Assembly: GCA_964400135.1 (NCBI GenBank)
Contig: CAYNSW010000006.1
Location: 41,989 to 105,988 of the forward strand
DNA from: an uncultured Rubrivivax sp.
GTDB taxonomy: Bacteria > Pseudomonadota > Gammaproteobacteria > Burkholderiales > Burkholderiaceae_C
Reading direction: 5' to 3'
Length of the DNA stretch: 64,000 bases
Positions 30,915 to 40,078 of this stretch are shown in pieces (position 1 is the stretch's first letter; every line of letters starts with the position of its first letter). A program made the translations under genes and the position numbers. Under the pieces are notes generated by a model. That model had not been told where the DNA came from, did no database searches, and saw only the letters and a list, made by a program, of their open reading frames with translations.

Positions 30915-32176
30915 GTGACTCGTGCCCGTTGCTGGAAGCGGTCCTGTTGCCAGACCTGATCAGTCAGCACATCGTGTAGGTGCTCTACTGCGTCCCATAC
31001 CTCCACGAAACGCAAGTTCACGGGGGTAAACCCAAATCGCAGCACGTTGGGCGCTCGAAAATCTCCCACCACGCCACGCGCGATCAGGGCCTGCACCATG
31101 GCGTAGGCACCTTCGGCATGCGTCAAACACACCTGGCTGCCGCGCTCAGCGTGCGCACTGGGCGTGATGCACGACAGCCCATACCCAGCACAGCGTCGGG
31201 CCACCTGTTGCATGAACAGGTCGGTCAATTGCAGCGACTTGGCGCGCAGGGCGGCCATACCACCGGCCGGGGCCGCTGCCAGCAGGGTGTCGAGTCCCAC
31301 GTCCAGCGCCGCCAGAGACAAAATGGCGGGTGTTCCGCACAAGAACCGGGCGATCCCGGGGGCTGCCTGGTACTGAGGATCAAACTCGAAGGGCTGCGCA
31401 TGCCCAATCCAGCCGGACAGAGGTTGCTCAGATTGGGCGATATGCCGGGGGTGTACCCAGACGAATGCGGGTGCCCCAGGACCGCCGTTGAGGTATTTGT
31501 AGCCACAGCCCACAGCAAAATCGGCATTGGCACCGTGTAGGTCGACGGGTACGGCACCCGCCGAGTGGGCCAGATCCCAAACAGTCAACGCGCCGACTTG
31601 GTGTGCCGCTGCCGTGATGGCAGACAGATCGTGCATCTGACCGGTGCGATAGTTGACATGCGTGAGCATCAGTGCAGCCACCTCATGGTCGAGTTGCTTT
31701 TCCAGGTTCTCGGGGGAGTCGCACAAGCGAAGCTGCATGCCCCACTGGTCGGCCAGTGACTGGGCGATGTACAAATCGGTGGGAAAGTTGCTGCGCTCTG
31801 ACAGGATGATCCGCTTGTGAGGGTGCTGCTGACGCGCCAGCGACAAGGCCGCGCTCAAAACCTTGAACACATTGACCGAGGTGGAGTCGGCCACCACCAC
31901 TTCATTGGGGCCCGCCCCGATGAGCTGTCCGATCTTGTTGCCCACCTGATGGGGCCATTGCATCCAGCCGGCGCGGTTCCAGCTGCTGATGAGATCATGA
32001 CCCCACTGACGGCGAATCACCTCATCCAAGCGTGCGCTCACCCCTTTGGGCAGCATGCCCAGCGAATTGCCATCCAGATAAATCAGACCCGTTGGGATTT
32101 CAAATTGCTCACGCAGTCGGGCCAAGGGATCCGCGGCATCGGCGGCTTCGCACGCTTGGCGGGTGTTCAGTTCCAT
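30911..32176 (-). CDS. kynU: Kynureninase
   Basis: [46 protein letters not shown]. Confidence 0.96.
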   Translation of the reverse strand: MELNTRQACEAADAADPLARLREQFEIPTGLIYLDGNSLGMLPKGVSARLDEVIRRQWGHDLISSWNRAGWMQWPHQVGNKIGQLIGAGPNEVVVADSTSVNVFKVLSAALSLARQQHPHKRIILSERSNFPTDLYIAQSLADQWGMQLRLCDSPENLEKQLDHEVAALMLTHVNYRTGQMHDLSAITAAAHQVGALTVWDLAHSAGAVPVDLHGANADFAVGCGYKYLNGGPGAPAFVWVHPRHIAQSEQPLSGWIGHAQPFEFDPQYQAAPGIARFLCGTPAILSLAALDVGLDTLLAAAPAGGMAALRAKSLQLTDLFMQQVARRCAGYGLSCITPSAHAERGSQVCLTHAEGAYAMVQALIARGVVGDFRAPNVLRFGFTPVNLRFVEVWDAVEHLHDVLTDQVWQQDRFQQRARVT

Positions 32177-32808
32177 GATCTCAATACGGCCCTGACGGGT
32201 GAAGCATCGGCATCGCGGAGTTTAAGAGGCAGCGCGATGAGTTCGTAGTCGCCTGGCGGCACGTCGTCGAGCACCAGGTTCTCCAGCACGCGAAGCTGTC
32301 GCCGGCGCAGCACCTGGTGGGCTGCCAGCTCCTTGCTGGTGGCGGGGTCGATGCTGGCGCTGTCCACCCCCACCAGCATCACCCCCAAGTCGGCCAGACG
32401 CTCGATCAATTGCGGATGCAAGCCCGTGAGTTCTGGATCCCAGACCTCGGTGGCCGCATGCTGGCGGGTACGAAAGAGAATCCGCGCTGGCACCTGGGGG
32501 GTGCTGAGGGCATGTTCCACATGGCTCCAGGTGACCACGGGATGCGCGTTGCACGTGTGAACGACGCGGCAAGGGCCCAGGTAGGGCAGCAGATCGACCG
32601 CCCCGATGGCGAGGCCTTGCGGGTCGTAGTGCAATGGGGCATCGGCGTGGGCTCCCACATGAGGGCTCAGCGTGATGGCGCAAACATTGACCGGGCACTG
32701 CCCGTCGATCTCCCAGGACCAGCCCTGCGAATAGGGGGTATCGCCAGGAAAAACGGGTGACTGCGAGTGGATCGCGGGGGAGATATCCCACAGCAGCTGT
32801 TGGGGCAT
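32167..32808 (-). CDS. kynB: Kynurenine formamidase (arylformamidase, cyclase family)
   Basis: WDISP, FPGDT, HVGAHADAPLHY, GVDSASID, LENL, ASPVRAVLR. Confidence 0.94.
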   Translation of the reverse strand: MPQQLLWDISPAIHSQSPVFPGDTPYSQGWSWEIDGQCPVNVCAITLSPHVGAHADAPLHYDPQGLAIGAVDLLPYLGPCRVVHTCNAHPVVTWSHVEHALSTPQVPARILFRTRQHAATEVWDPELTGLHPQLIERLADLGVMLVGVDSASIDPATSKELAAHQVLRRRQLRVLENLVLDDVPPGDYELIALPLKLRDADASPVRAVLRSWN

Positions 32809-32864
32809 GGGTGAGGGAATCTTCGGTCTTGAAGGGCCGCAGTTTAGTTGTAAAGTCGTCCGCC

Positions 32865-34493
32865 ATGGGTCACCCATTTGACAGTTTTGCCAAAGACCGG
32901 CTGCCGAGCCCCGATCAGCTGCCCGAGTTCCTGTTCAATGGCCCTGGGCTGCAGTTCCCGGCACGGCTGAACTGTGCCGCAGAGTTGCTCGATCGCCGCG
33001 TGCAACAAGGCGATGGTCAGCGCTGCGCGCTCATAGGTGCTGAGGGTCAGCGCTGGTCGTATGCGCAACTCCAGGCCCAGGTCAATCGCATGGCCCGGGT
33101 GCTGGTGGAAGACCTGGGATTGGTGCCGGGCAATCGGGTACTGCTGCGCGGTGCAAATTCCCCCGCCTTGGCGGCTTGCTTCCTGGCCGTATTCAAAGCC
33201 GGTGGCATCGCGGTGGGTACGATGCCGCTGTTGCGCGCCAAGGAATTGGTCACCATCATCGACAAGGCGCAAATTTCCCACGCTTTGTGCGATGCCCGCC
33301 TACTCGAGGAGTTTGAGGCTGCACGGGTGCAGAGCTCGTTCTTGAAACACTGCATGGTCTTCAACCGGCCCGAGGGGTCGACTGGCCTGGCGCACCCAGA
33401 CCTAGAGGCCGCCTGCGCGGCCAAGTCGGATCAATTTGTTGCCTACGACAGTGCTGCTGAGGACATCTGCCTCATGGCATTTACTTCGGGCACAACCGGT
33501 CAACCCAAGGCGGCCATGCACTTTCACCGCGACATCATGGCCGCCTGTGCGTGCTGGCCGCCGCATGTCTTGCGTGCCCAACCCGACGACATCTTCATTG
33601 GCAGCCCGCCCCTGGCGTTTACCTTTGGTCTTGGGGGATTGTTGATTTTTCCGATGGCCATCGGCGCCGCCTCGGTGCTGATTGAGAAAGCCACGCCAGA
33701 AACACTGCCCCAGGCTATCGCCAAGTTCCAGGCCACGGTGCTGTTTACTGCGCCGACTTCTTATCGTGCCATGGCCTCGGGCACGGCGCTGGACCAGCTG
33801 CGCTCCCTGCGCAAGTGCGTGAGTGCCGGAGAGGCGCTCCCTGCGGCCACCCGGCAATTGTGGAAGCAATCCACGGGTATAGAGATCATCGACGGCATTG
33901 GCTCGACTGAGATGTTTCACATCTTTATTTCGGCCGATGAGACGCAGGCCCAGCCTGGTGCGACCGGGCTGCCCGTCCCAGGCTATGAGGCCACCTTGCT
34001 CGACGATGGCGGACAACCCGTTGCTCCGGGCCAGGTGGGTCGTTTGGCGATCAAGGGGCCCACTGGGTGCAAGTACTTGGACGACCCTCGGCAGGCTCAG
34101 TACGTACAGGGAGGGTGGAACCTCACGGGCGATGCTTACTGCGTCAACGAACAAGGCCAGTACGTTTACCAGGCGAGGACCGACGACATGATCATCTCGG
34201 GGGGCTACAACATCGCAGGCCCTGAGGTGGAAAGCGCTTTGCTGTTGCACCCCGCCGTCGCCGAGTGTGGCGTGGTGGGCGTGACCGATGCTGAGCGTGG
34301 TCAAATCGTCAAGGCCTTCGTGGTGCTTCGACCCGGGCACCCCGGTGACGACCAAATGGTCAAGGCCCTGCAGGACTTCGTCAAGGCCACCATCGCGCCC
34401 TACAAGTACCCGCGCGCCATTGAGTTTCGTGACACGCTGCCTCGAACCGAGACGGGTAAATTGCAGCGGTTTCGCCTGCGCGCGGTGTCATGA
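32865..34493 (+). CDS. Aryl-CoA ligase, probable 2-aminobenzoate (anthranilate)-CoA ligase
   Basis: FAKDRLP N-terminus, LNCAAELLD, FTSGTTGQPK, GSPPLAFTFGLGG, GIGSTEMFH, YKYPR; divergent from kynBUA. Confidence 0.85.
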   Translation: MGHPFDSFAKDRLPSPDQLPEFLFNGPGLQFPARLNCAAELLDRRVQQGDGQRCALIGAEGQRWSYAQLQAQVNRMARVLVEDLGLVPGNRVLLRGANSPALAACFLAVFKAGGIAVGTMPLLRAKELVTIIDKAQISHALCDARLLEEFEAARVQSSFLKHCMVFNRPEGSTGLAHPDLEAACAAKSDQFVAYDSAAEDICLMAFTSGTTGQPKAAMHFHRDIMAACACWPPHVLRAQPDDIFIGSPPLAFTFGLGGLLIFPMAIGAASVLIEKATPETLPQAIAKFQATVLFTAPTSYRAMASGTALDQLRSLRKCVSAGEALPAATRQLWKQSTGIEIIDGIGSTEMFHIFISADETQAQPGATGLPVPGYEATLLDDGGQPVAPGQVGRLAIKGPTGCKYLDDPRQAQYVQGGWNLTGDAYCVNEQGQYVYQARTDDMIISGGYNIAGPEVESALLLHPAVAECGVVGVTDAERGQIVKAFVVLRPGHPGDDQMVKALQDFVKATIAPYKYPRAIEFRDTLPRTETGKLQRFRLRAVS

Positions 34494-34912
34494 TCACCGA
34501 TCGATCTCGCGTCCAGGTGCTTCAGCCTCCAGGGTGGGCTGCCCCCAAGGGCTATGCCAACGGTGTGGCAGCCAGTGGGCTGCAGGTGTTTGTAGCCGGA
34601 CAAATTGGCTGGAACGCGCAGTGTCAATTTGAGAGCGACGATCTCGTGGAGCAGGTGCGTCAGGCACTGAGCAACGTTCGCGATGTCCTGGCACAAGCCG
34701 GCGCCGCGCCCGAACACATCACCCGCATGACTTGGTATCTGGTGAACAAGCAGGATTACTTGCAGCGCGCGCGTGAGATTGGTCGCGTTTATCGCGACAT
34801 TGTGGGCGTCTACTCCGTGGCCATGACCGCGGTGCAGGTCACGGCTCTGATGGAAGACCGGGCGCTTGTGGAAATCGAGGTTACTGCTGTTATCCCCGGA
34901 GAGCGGGCGTGA
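34490..34912 (+). CDS. RidA/YjgF family protein
   Basis: PPGWAAPKGYANG, VAGQIGW, MTWY, VEIEVTAV; ATGA-coupled to the ligase. Confidence 0.88.
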   Translation: MITDRSRVQVLQPPGWAAPKGYANGVAASGLQVFVAGQIGWNAQCQFESDDLVEQVRQALSNVRDVLAQAGAAPEHITRMTWYLVNKQDYLQRAREIGRVYRDIVGVYSVAMTAVQVTALMEDRALVEIEVTAVIPGERA

Positions 34913-35292
34913 ACGCCTTACAGCGCGTCATCCTCTACACCGACAGCGACGGACGGGCGCGATTTCGAGAAGAGCCCATCGAGTTGAACCAAGGCACTGC
35001 GGCGGCTCGCCTGTCAGAGTTGTTTGCCGCACAGGCCTTGCAGTGGCGTTTCAGTCCGGTGGGGTTTCGCAGCGAATTCCATTGCACCACCACACCGCAG
35101 TGGTTGATCGTTATCTCCGGCTGCATGGAAATTGAGCTTCAAGACGGCACCTGCCGTCGTTTCAACGCGGGCGAGCACTTCTACTCAGGCGATACCCTGC
35201 CGGATGGCTGTGTGTTTGACCCATCGGTGCATGGCCACCGCAGCCGCCAAATTGGCGATCAGCCACTGGTCACGGTTTTCGTGCGCGGCTGA
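34909..35292 (+). CDS. Cupin-fold protein of unknown function
   Basis: FH.T.TPQW.IVISG.MEIEL.DG..RRF..GE.F...D....GH pattern; GTGA-coupled to RidA. Confidence 0.65.
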   Translation: MNALQRVILYTDSDGRARFREEPIELNQGTAAARLSELFAAQALQWRFSPVGFRSEFHCTTTPQWLIVISGCMEIELQDGTCRRFNAGEHFYSGDTLPDGCVFDPSVHGHRSRQIGDQPLVTVFVRG

Positions 35293-35301
35293 TCTGTCCT
35301 G

Positions 35302-36246
35302 TCAGCCCACACGCCCCAGGAGCAAGAACTCCATCAGGGCCTTTTGGGCGTGCATGCGGTTCTCGGCTTCATCCCACACCACCGATTGAGGCCCGTCCAG
35401 CACTTCGGGCGTGACTTCCTCTCCTCGGTGGGCAGGCAGGCAGTGCATGAAGACGGCCTGCGGGTGGGCAACTGCCATCATCTCGTCATCGACGCACCAG
35501 TCCACAAAGGCTTTGAGGCGTTCTTCGTTCTCCGCCTCGTAGCCCATGCTCGTCCATACATCGGTGGTCACCAGATGCGCACCTTCGCAGGCTTGTAGCG
35601 GATGGTTGAAGACTCGGTAGCAATCGGCACTGCGAATTCCCGCCACTTCGGGGTTGACTTCATAGCCGCTGGGGGTACTCACGTGGATCTTGAAGCCCAG
35701 CAGTTCAGCGGCTTGCAGCCAGGTGTTGGCCATGTTGTTGCCGTCTCCCACCCAGGCCACGATCTTGTTCTCGATTGAGCCGCGGTGTTCGATGAAGGTC
35801 AAGATATCCGCCAGAACTTGGCAAGGGTGGTACTCGTTGGTCAGCCCATTGATGACCGGTACGCGCGAATGTGCCGCAAAGCTTTCGATCTTCGATTGCT
35901 CATAAGTGCGGATCATGACCAGATCGACCATGCGGCTGATCACACGGGCGGTATCTTCGATGGGTTCTGATCGGCCTAAATGGGTGTCGCCCGTGGTCAG
36001 ATTGACCACCGACCCGCCCATTTGATACATGCCTGCCTCAAAGCTCACGCGGGTTCGGGTGCTGGCTTTCTCAAAGATCATGGCCAAGGTGCGATCGGTC
36101 AGCGGCTGATACTTTTCGTAGTTCTTGAAACGTCGCTTGAGCACGCGTGCGCGCTCCAGCACATACAGGATCTCTTCGCGGCTGAGATCATTGAATTGCA
36201 GAAAATGCCGCAGCGCAGGTGGCGCAAAGGCGGTCGCAGAGCTCAT
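35302..36246 (-). CDS. argF: Ornithine carbamoyltransferase
   Basis: FEKASTRTRVSFE, NGLTNEYHPCQ, GDGNNM, TDVWTSMG, HCLPAHRGEE. Confidence 0.96.
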   Translation of the reverse strand: MSSATAFAPPALRHFLQFNDLSREEILYVLERARVLKRRFKNYEKYQPLTDRTLAMIFEKASTRTRVSFEAGMYQMGGSVVNLTTGDTHLGRSEPIEDTARVISRMVDLVMIRTYEQSKIESFAAHSRVPVINGLTNEYHPCQVLADILTFIEHRGSIENKIVAWVGDGNNMANTWLQAAELLGFKIHVSTPSGYEVNPEVAGIRSADCYRVFNHPLQACEGAHLVTTDVWTSMGYEAENEERLKAFVDWCVDDEMMAVAHPQAVFMHCLPAHRGEEVTPEVLDGPQSVVWDEAENRMHAQKALMEFLLLGRVG

Positions 36247-37463
36247 GGGGCTGTCTCGGTCAAGAACGCCCGAACCACGCCCGACAGACGCTCAACCACT
36301 TGCTGAGCCTCTTGCGGCGTCATGATCAATGGGGGCACGAGTCGGATGACCTTTTCCGCTGTGACGCTGACCAACAGCCCAGCCTCCATGGCGCATCGAC
36401 CCAGCAAGGCGCCACAGGGGCGGTCCAACTCCACCCCCATCATCAGCCCCTGACCCCGAATATCCACCACCCCAGGCAGGTGCGACAGTTCTGCACGCAG
36501 GCCGTCTTGCAAGGCAGCCCCCACATGCTGCGCATTGGCCAGAAGCCCCTCGTCGATCATCACCTGCAGGGTTTCGACTCCAGCGCGCATGGCCAGCGGG
36601 TTGCCACCGAAAGTGGTGCCATGATGACCGGGTCCCAAGACCTCGCGGGCGCGGGGTCCGGTCACCACAGCGCCTACCGGAACTCCCGACCCCAGCCCTT
36701 TGGCCAGAGGCATCACGTCGGGGACGATATGGGCCCATTGGTGGGCAAACCATTTCCCAGTGCGGCCGATGCCACATTGCACTTCATCCAACATCAGCAG
36801 CCACTGCTGGCGGTCACACAGGCTCCTGAGGGCCTGGAGGTATTCCACACGCGAGGGGTGGATGCCGCCTTCGCCCTGTATGGTCTCCAAAAATACCGCC
36901 ACCACGTTGGGGTGTTGGGCCGCCACCTGCTCCACAGCGGCCAGATCGTTCAAGGGCACGCGTACAAAGCCTTCTACCAGGGGCTCAAAGCCTTTTTGAA
37001 TCTTGGGGTTGCCGGTGGCCGATAAGGTGGCGATGGATCGCCCGTGGAAGGCCTTTTCGTAGACGATGATCTCGGGTTTGGCGATGCCTCGGTCATGGCC
37101 ATACTTGCGCGCGATTTTCAATGCGGCCTCGTTGGCCTCCAAACCTGAATTGCAAAAAAATACGTTGCTCATCCCCGAAAGCTCACACAGTCGTGCGGCC
37201 AATTGCTCCTGCAGGGGCACTTCGTAGTAATTGCAGGAATGGATGAGTTTGCCCACCTGATCGCGCAAGGCGGCCACCAAGCGGGGGTGCGCATGCCCCA
37301 ATGTGTTGACCGCGATGCCGGCCAGTGCATCGAGGTATTGACGTCCTTGGGTGTCCCATACCCAGCAGCCCTGCCCATGAGACAGAGCAAAAGGCAATCG
37401 CCCATAGGTGTTCATCACGTGGGGCATAGGGCCGTGGACGGCGAGCTCGGCGGGGGCATTCAT
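36243..37463 (-). CDS. argD: Acetylornithine aminotransferase
   Basis: NSGLEANEAA, FHGRS, IQGEGG, DEVQCGIGRTG, LAKGLGSG, HGTTFGGNP. Confidence 0.93.
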   Translation of the reverse strand: MNAPAELAVHGPMPHVMNTYGRLPFALSHGQGCWVWDTQGRQYLDALAGIAVNTLGHAHPRLVAALRDQVGKLIHSCNYYEVPLQEQLAARLCELSGMSNVFFCNSGLEANEAALKIARKYGHDRGIAKPEIIVYEKAFHGRSIATLSATGNPKIQKGFEPLVEGFVRVPLNDLAAVEQVAAQHPNVVAVFLETIQGEGGIHPSRVEYLQALRSLCDRQQWLLMLDEVQCGIGRTGKWFAHQWAHIVPDVMPLAKGLGSGVPVGAVVTGPRAREVLGPGHHGTTFGGNPLAMRAGVETLQVMIDEGLLANAQHVGAALQDGLRAELSHLPGVVDIRGQGLMMGVELDRPCGALLGRCAMEAGLLVSVTAEKVIRLVPPLIMTPQEAQQVVERLSGVVRAFLTETAP

Positions 37464-37566
37464 GGGCGCGCTCCGACAAAAAAGACGAATAAGAGCCAAC
37501 CCATTTTAGGCCCACCCGTGTCCGGCGCCCCCATCTTGCGGGCACAATGCGCTCGCCTTTCAATCC

Positions 37567-37884
37567 ATGAGTGCTGCTGTACCCCGTCAATTTGTCATTC
37601 TCGGACTCACCCGAGAAGGTCAAGCCTTTCGCCCCAGCGACTGGGCCGAGCGGCTGGCCGGTGCGATGTCCAGTTTTCGGCCCGGTGGCGGCGTGGGAGG
37701 GATCAGTGCCGCAATCGGCTATTCACCGTACTGCGTACCCAAGGTGGTGCAGGGTGCGCGCAGTGTGCTGATCAACGAGGCGCTGCGTGATCTCGAGCCC
37801 ATGGCCTGGGATTTCGTGATGAATTTCGCCAAGGACAACGATCTCCAGCTTATCGAGGTAGGGCCTGACACGGTCTTGGAGTGA
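37567..37884 (+). CDS. DUF3579 family protein
   Basis: ILGLT..G..FRPSDWAERLAG, YSPYC.P, FVMNFAKDNDL; divergent from argD. Confidence 0.85.
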   Translation: MSAAVPRQFVILGLTREGQAFRPSDWAERLAGAMSSFRPGGGVGGISAAIGYSPYCVPKVVQGARSVLINEALRDLEPMAWDFVMNFAKDNDLQLIEVGPDTVLE

Positions 37885-37906
37885 TCAGCCCTCGGGCATC
37901 GGACGC

Positions 37907-37932
37907 AAAAAACCCGCCAGGTGGCGGGTTTT
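37907..37932. terminator. Bidirectional intrinsic terminator between DUF3579 and rpsT
   Basis: AAAACCCGCC-AGGT-GGCGGGTTTT with an A-tract on one side and a T-tract on the other; a second hairpin GCATGCC-aaacc-GGCATGC at 37941-37959. Confidence 0.85.
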
Positions 37933-37974
37933 GGGTGGGGGCATGCCAAACCGGCATGCGGCCGATTGTCAAAC

Positions 37975-38271
37975 TCAGGCGGCCAGCGCCTTGATCTTGG
38001 CAGCCAGACGGCTCTTGAGACGGGCGGCCTTGTTCTTGTGGACGATGCCTTTGGCAGCAATGGTGTCCATGACCGACTGACCTGATTGCAGCAGCGTGGT
38101 GGCCTGGGCCTTTTGACCTGCGGCTGCCGCCTTCTGGACGTTCTTGACCACGGTGCGAAACTGAGACCGTAGGGCCGAGTTGTGGGCGTTGAGCTTCACG
38201 TCTTGACGGGCACGCTTGCGCCCCGAGGCGAGGCGTACGGTCTTCTTTTTGGCTTTGGAGGAAGTGGCCAT
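37975..38271 (-). CDS. rpsT: 30S ribosomal protein S20
   Basis: [33 protein letters not shown]. Confidence 0.96.
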   Translation of the reverse strand: MATSSKAKKKTVRLASGRKRARQDVKLNAHNSALRSQFRTVVKNVQKAAAAGQKAQATTLLQSGQSVMDTIAAKGIVHKNKAARLKSRLAAKIKALAA

Positions 38272-38317
38272 GGTCTGGAGCTTCGAAAGCGAGGGTTGGT
38301 CAGGGCAAAGACTGTCG

Positions 38318-38326
38318 AGTATAGCA
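38318..38326 (-). promoter_or_regulatory. Extended -10 promoter (TG-C-TATACT) of rpsT
   Basis: Reverse complement of agtatagca; the opposite-facing TATAAT at 38365-38370 probably serves murJ. Confidence 0.55.
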
Positions 38327-38420
38327 TGCCGGGATGGCGAGCCCCAGTGAGGCCTCGGCCTGCCTATAATTTGAGCCCCATGCCCCACGGTTTTTCCAGG
38401 TACTGCGGTCTCCAGGCCTC

Positions 38421-39989
38421 ATGAACCTGTTCAAGGCGGTCTCGACCGTTTCGCTTTTGACCCTGGCCTCTCGGGTCACGGGTTTGGTGCGCGAGCAAAT
38501 CATGGCCGCGCAATTTGGGGCCAGCGCCCTGACCGACGCCTTTAACGTCGCTTTTCGCATACCCAACTTACTGCGTCGACTCTTCGCCGAGGGTGCGTTT
38601 TCTCAGGCGTTTGTTCCTTTGTTGGCTGCCACCCGCGAAGCGCAGGGCGACGAGGCCACCCACCGTTTGGTGGATGCCGTGGCCACCGTGCTGTTCTGGA
38701 TCTTGTTGTTGACCGTGGCGGTGGGGGTGGCAGCCGCCCCGCTGTGGGTCTGGGCGATGGCCTCAGGACTGGCGGCCTTTGACGAGGCTGTGGTCATGAC
38801 AAGGTGGATGTTCCCCTACATCGCCTGCATGTCGATGGTGGCGTTGGCGGCGGGCGTGCTCAACACGTGGAGGCGCTTTGCCGTACCGGCGGCCACTCCC
38901 GTCTTGCTGAATCTGAGTTGGATCGCAGCGGCCTGGTGGGTCTCCCCCTGGCTGGAGACCCAAGGGGTGCCCCCCCTGTACGGTGTGGCCGCTGGTGTCA
39001 TGGTCGGCGGGCTGCTGCAGTTGGCCATCCAGGCCCCAGCGCTTCGGCGGGTGGGCATGGTGCCTCGTCTGGGATTGAGCTGGCAGGCGGTGCGGCAGGC
39101 CTGGCACCACCCCGGTGTGGGGCGCGTCCTTCGCAACATGGCGCCAGCCCTGCTGGGCGTGTCGGTGGCGCAGCTGTCGTTGCTGATCAATACCCAGATT
39201 GCTTCGCACGTGGCCGTAGGCGCTGTCTCCTGGCTGACCTACGCCGACCGCTTGATGGAGTTTCCCACCGCGTTGTTGGGCGTCGCTCTGGGCGTCGTGC
39301 TCACGCCGCAGTTGTCGGCCGCCCAGGCCCGAGGCGATCTCCAGGCGTACTCCGCTATGCTCGATTGGGGGTTGAGGCTGGTCCTTTTGCTTGCCGCGCC
39401 GTGCGCGGTGGCTCTGCTGGCCTGCCCGGAAGCGCTGGTGTCAGTGCTCTACCACTACGGGCGTTTCTCGGCTGACGATGTCTCGCAGACCGTCCGCGCC
39501 GTGATGGGTTGGGGCGTTGGGCTGGTGGGGTTGGTCGCGGTCAAAGTGCTGGCCCCGGGGTACTACGCCCGTCAGGATTTGCGCACCCCAGTGCGCATCG
39601 CGGTGGTGATGCTGGTGCTGACCCAGTTGTTGAATCTCGCTCTGGTGCCGTGGCTGGGTTTTGCTGCCCTGGCGCTGTCCATCGGATTGGCAGCCCTGGC
39701 CAACACCTGGCTGCTCTTGCGTGGCCTGCTGCGGCTGGGGGTGTACCGGCCAGAGCCCGGATGGTGGCGGTTTGCCATGCAAGTTGTGGCGGGCTGTGTC
39801 GTATTGGCCGCTGCCTTGCACGCCGGGCAGCAGCTGGTGGCATGGACAGCCCCGCACACCGGGCCGGGATGGCGCGTGATGGCGCTGGCCACCTTGGTGA
39901 TTGGCGGATCGGCCCTCTACCTGGTGAGCTTGCATGTGCTGGGGGTCGATTGGCGTACCCTGATGCGACGGCGCCACACCCACCCGTAA
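38421..39989 (+). CDS. murJ: Lipid II flippase MurJ (MviN)
   Basis: TLASRVTGLVRE, AFRIPNLLRRLFAEGAFSQAFVP, YADRLMEFP; divergent from rpsT. Confidence 0.96.
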   Translation: MNLFKAVSTVSLLTLASRVTGLVREQIMAAQFGASALTDAFNVAFRIPNLLRRLFAEGAFSQAFVPLLAATREAQGDEATHRLVDAVATVLFWILLLTVAVGVAAAPLWVWAMASGLAAFDEAVVMTRWMFPYIACMSMVALAAGVLNTWRRFAVPAATPVLLNLSWIAAAWWVSPWLETQGVPPLYGVAAGVMVGGLLQLAIQAPALRRVGMVPRLGLSWQAVRQAWHHPGVGRVLRNMAPALLGVSVAQLSLLINTQIASHVAVGAVSWLTYADRLMEFPTALLGVALGVVLTPQLSAAQARGDLQAYSAMLDWGLRLVLLLAAPCAVALLACPEALVSVLYHYGRFSADDVSQTVRAVMGWGVGLVGLVAVKVLAPGYYARQDLRTPVRIAVVMLVLTQLLNLALVPWLGFAALALSIGLAALANTWLLLRGLLRLGVYRPEPGWWRFAMQVVAGCVVLAAALHAGQQLVAWTAPHTGPGWRVMALATLVIGGSALYLVSLHVLGVDWRTLMRRRHTHP

Positions 39990-40078
39990 CCTCCCGCGCC
40001 CGCCCGAATCGAGCTTCCGGCCAACCGGACCTACACTGCGCGCATGACCTGCCCTTTGCCTATTTCGCGAGGTGTCTC

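Noticed and set aside
39509-40078. Apparent 190-aa N-terminal extension of the SirB1 ORF; likewise long upstream extensions of the ligase, aroE, asparaginase, ALDH, Nudix, orn and comEA ORFs
   Set aside because: They overlap neighbouring genes, and recognisable family sequence and RBS or promoter signals begin at the downstream starts; not real fusions
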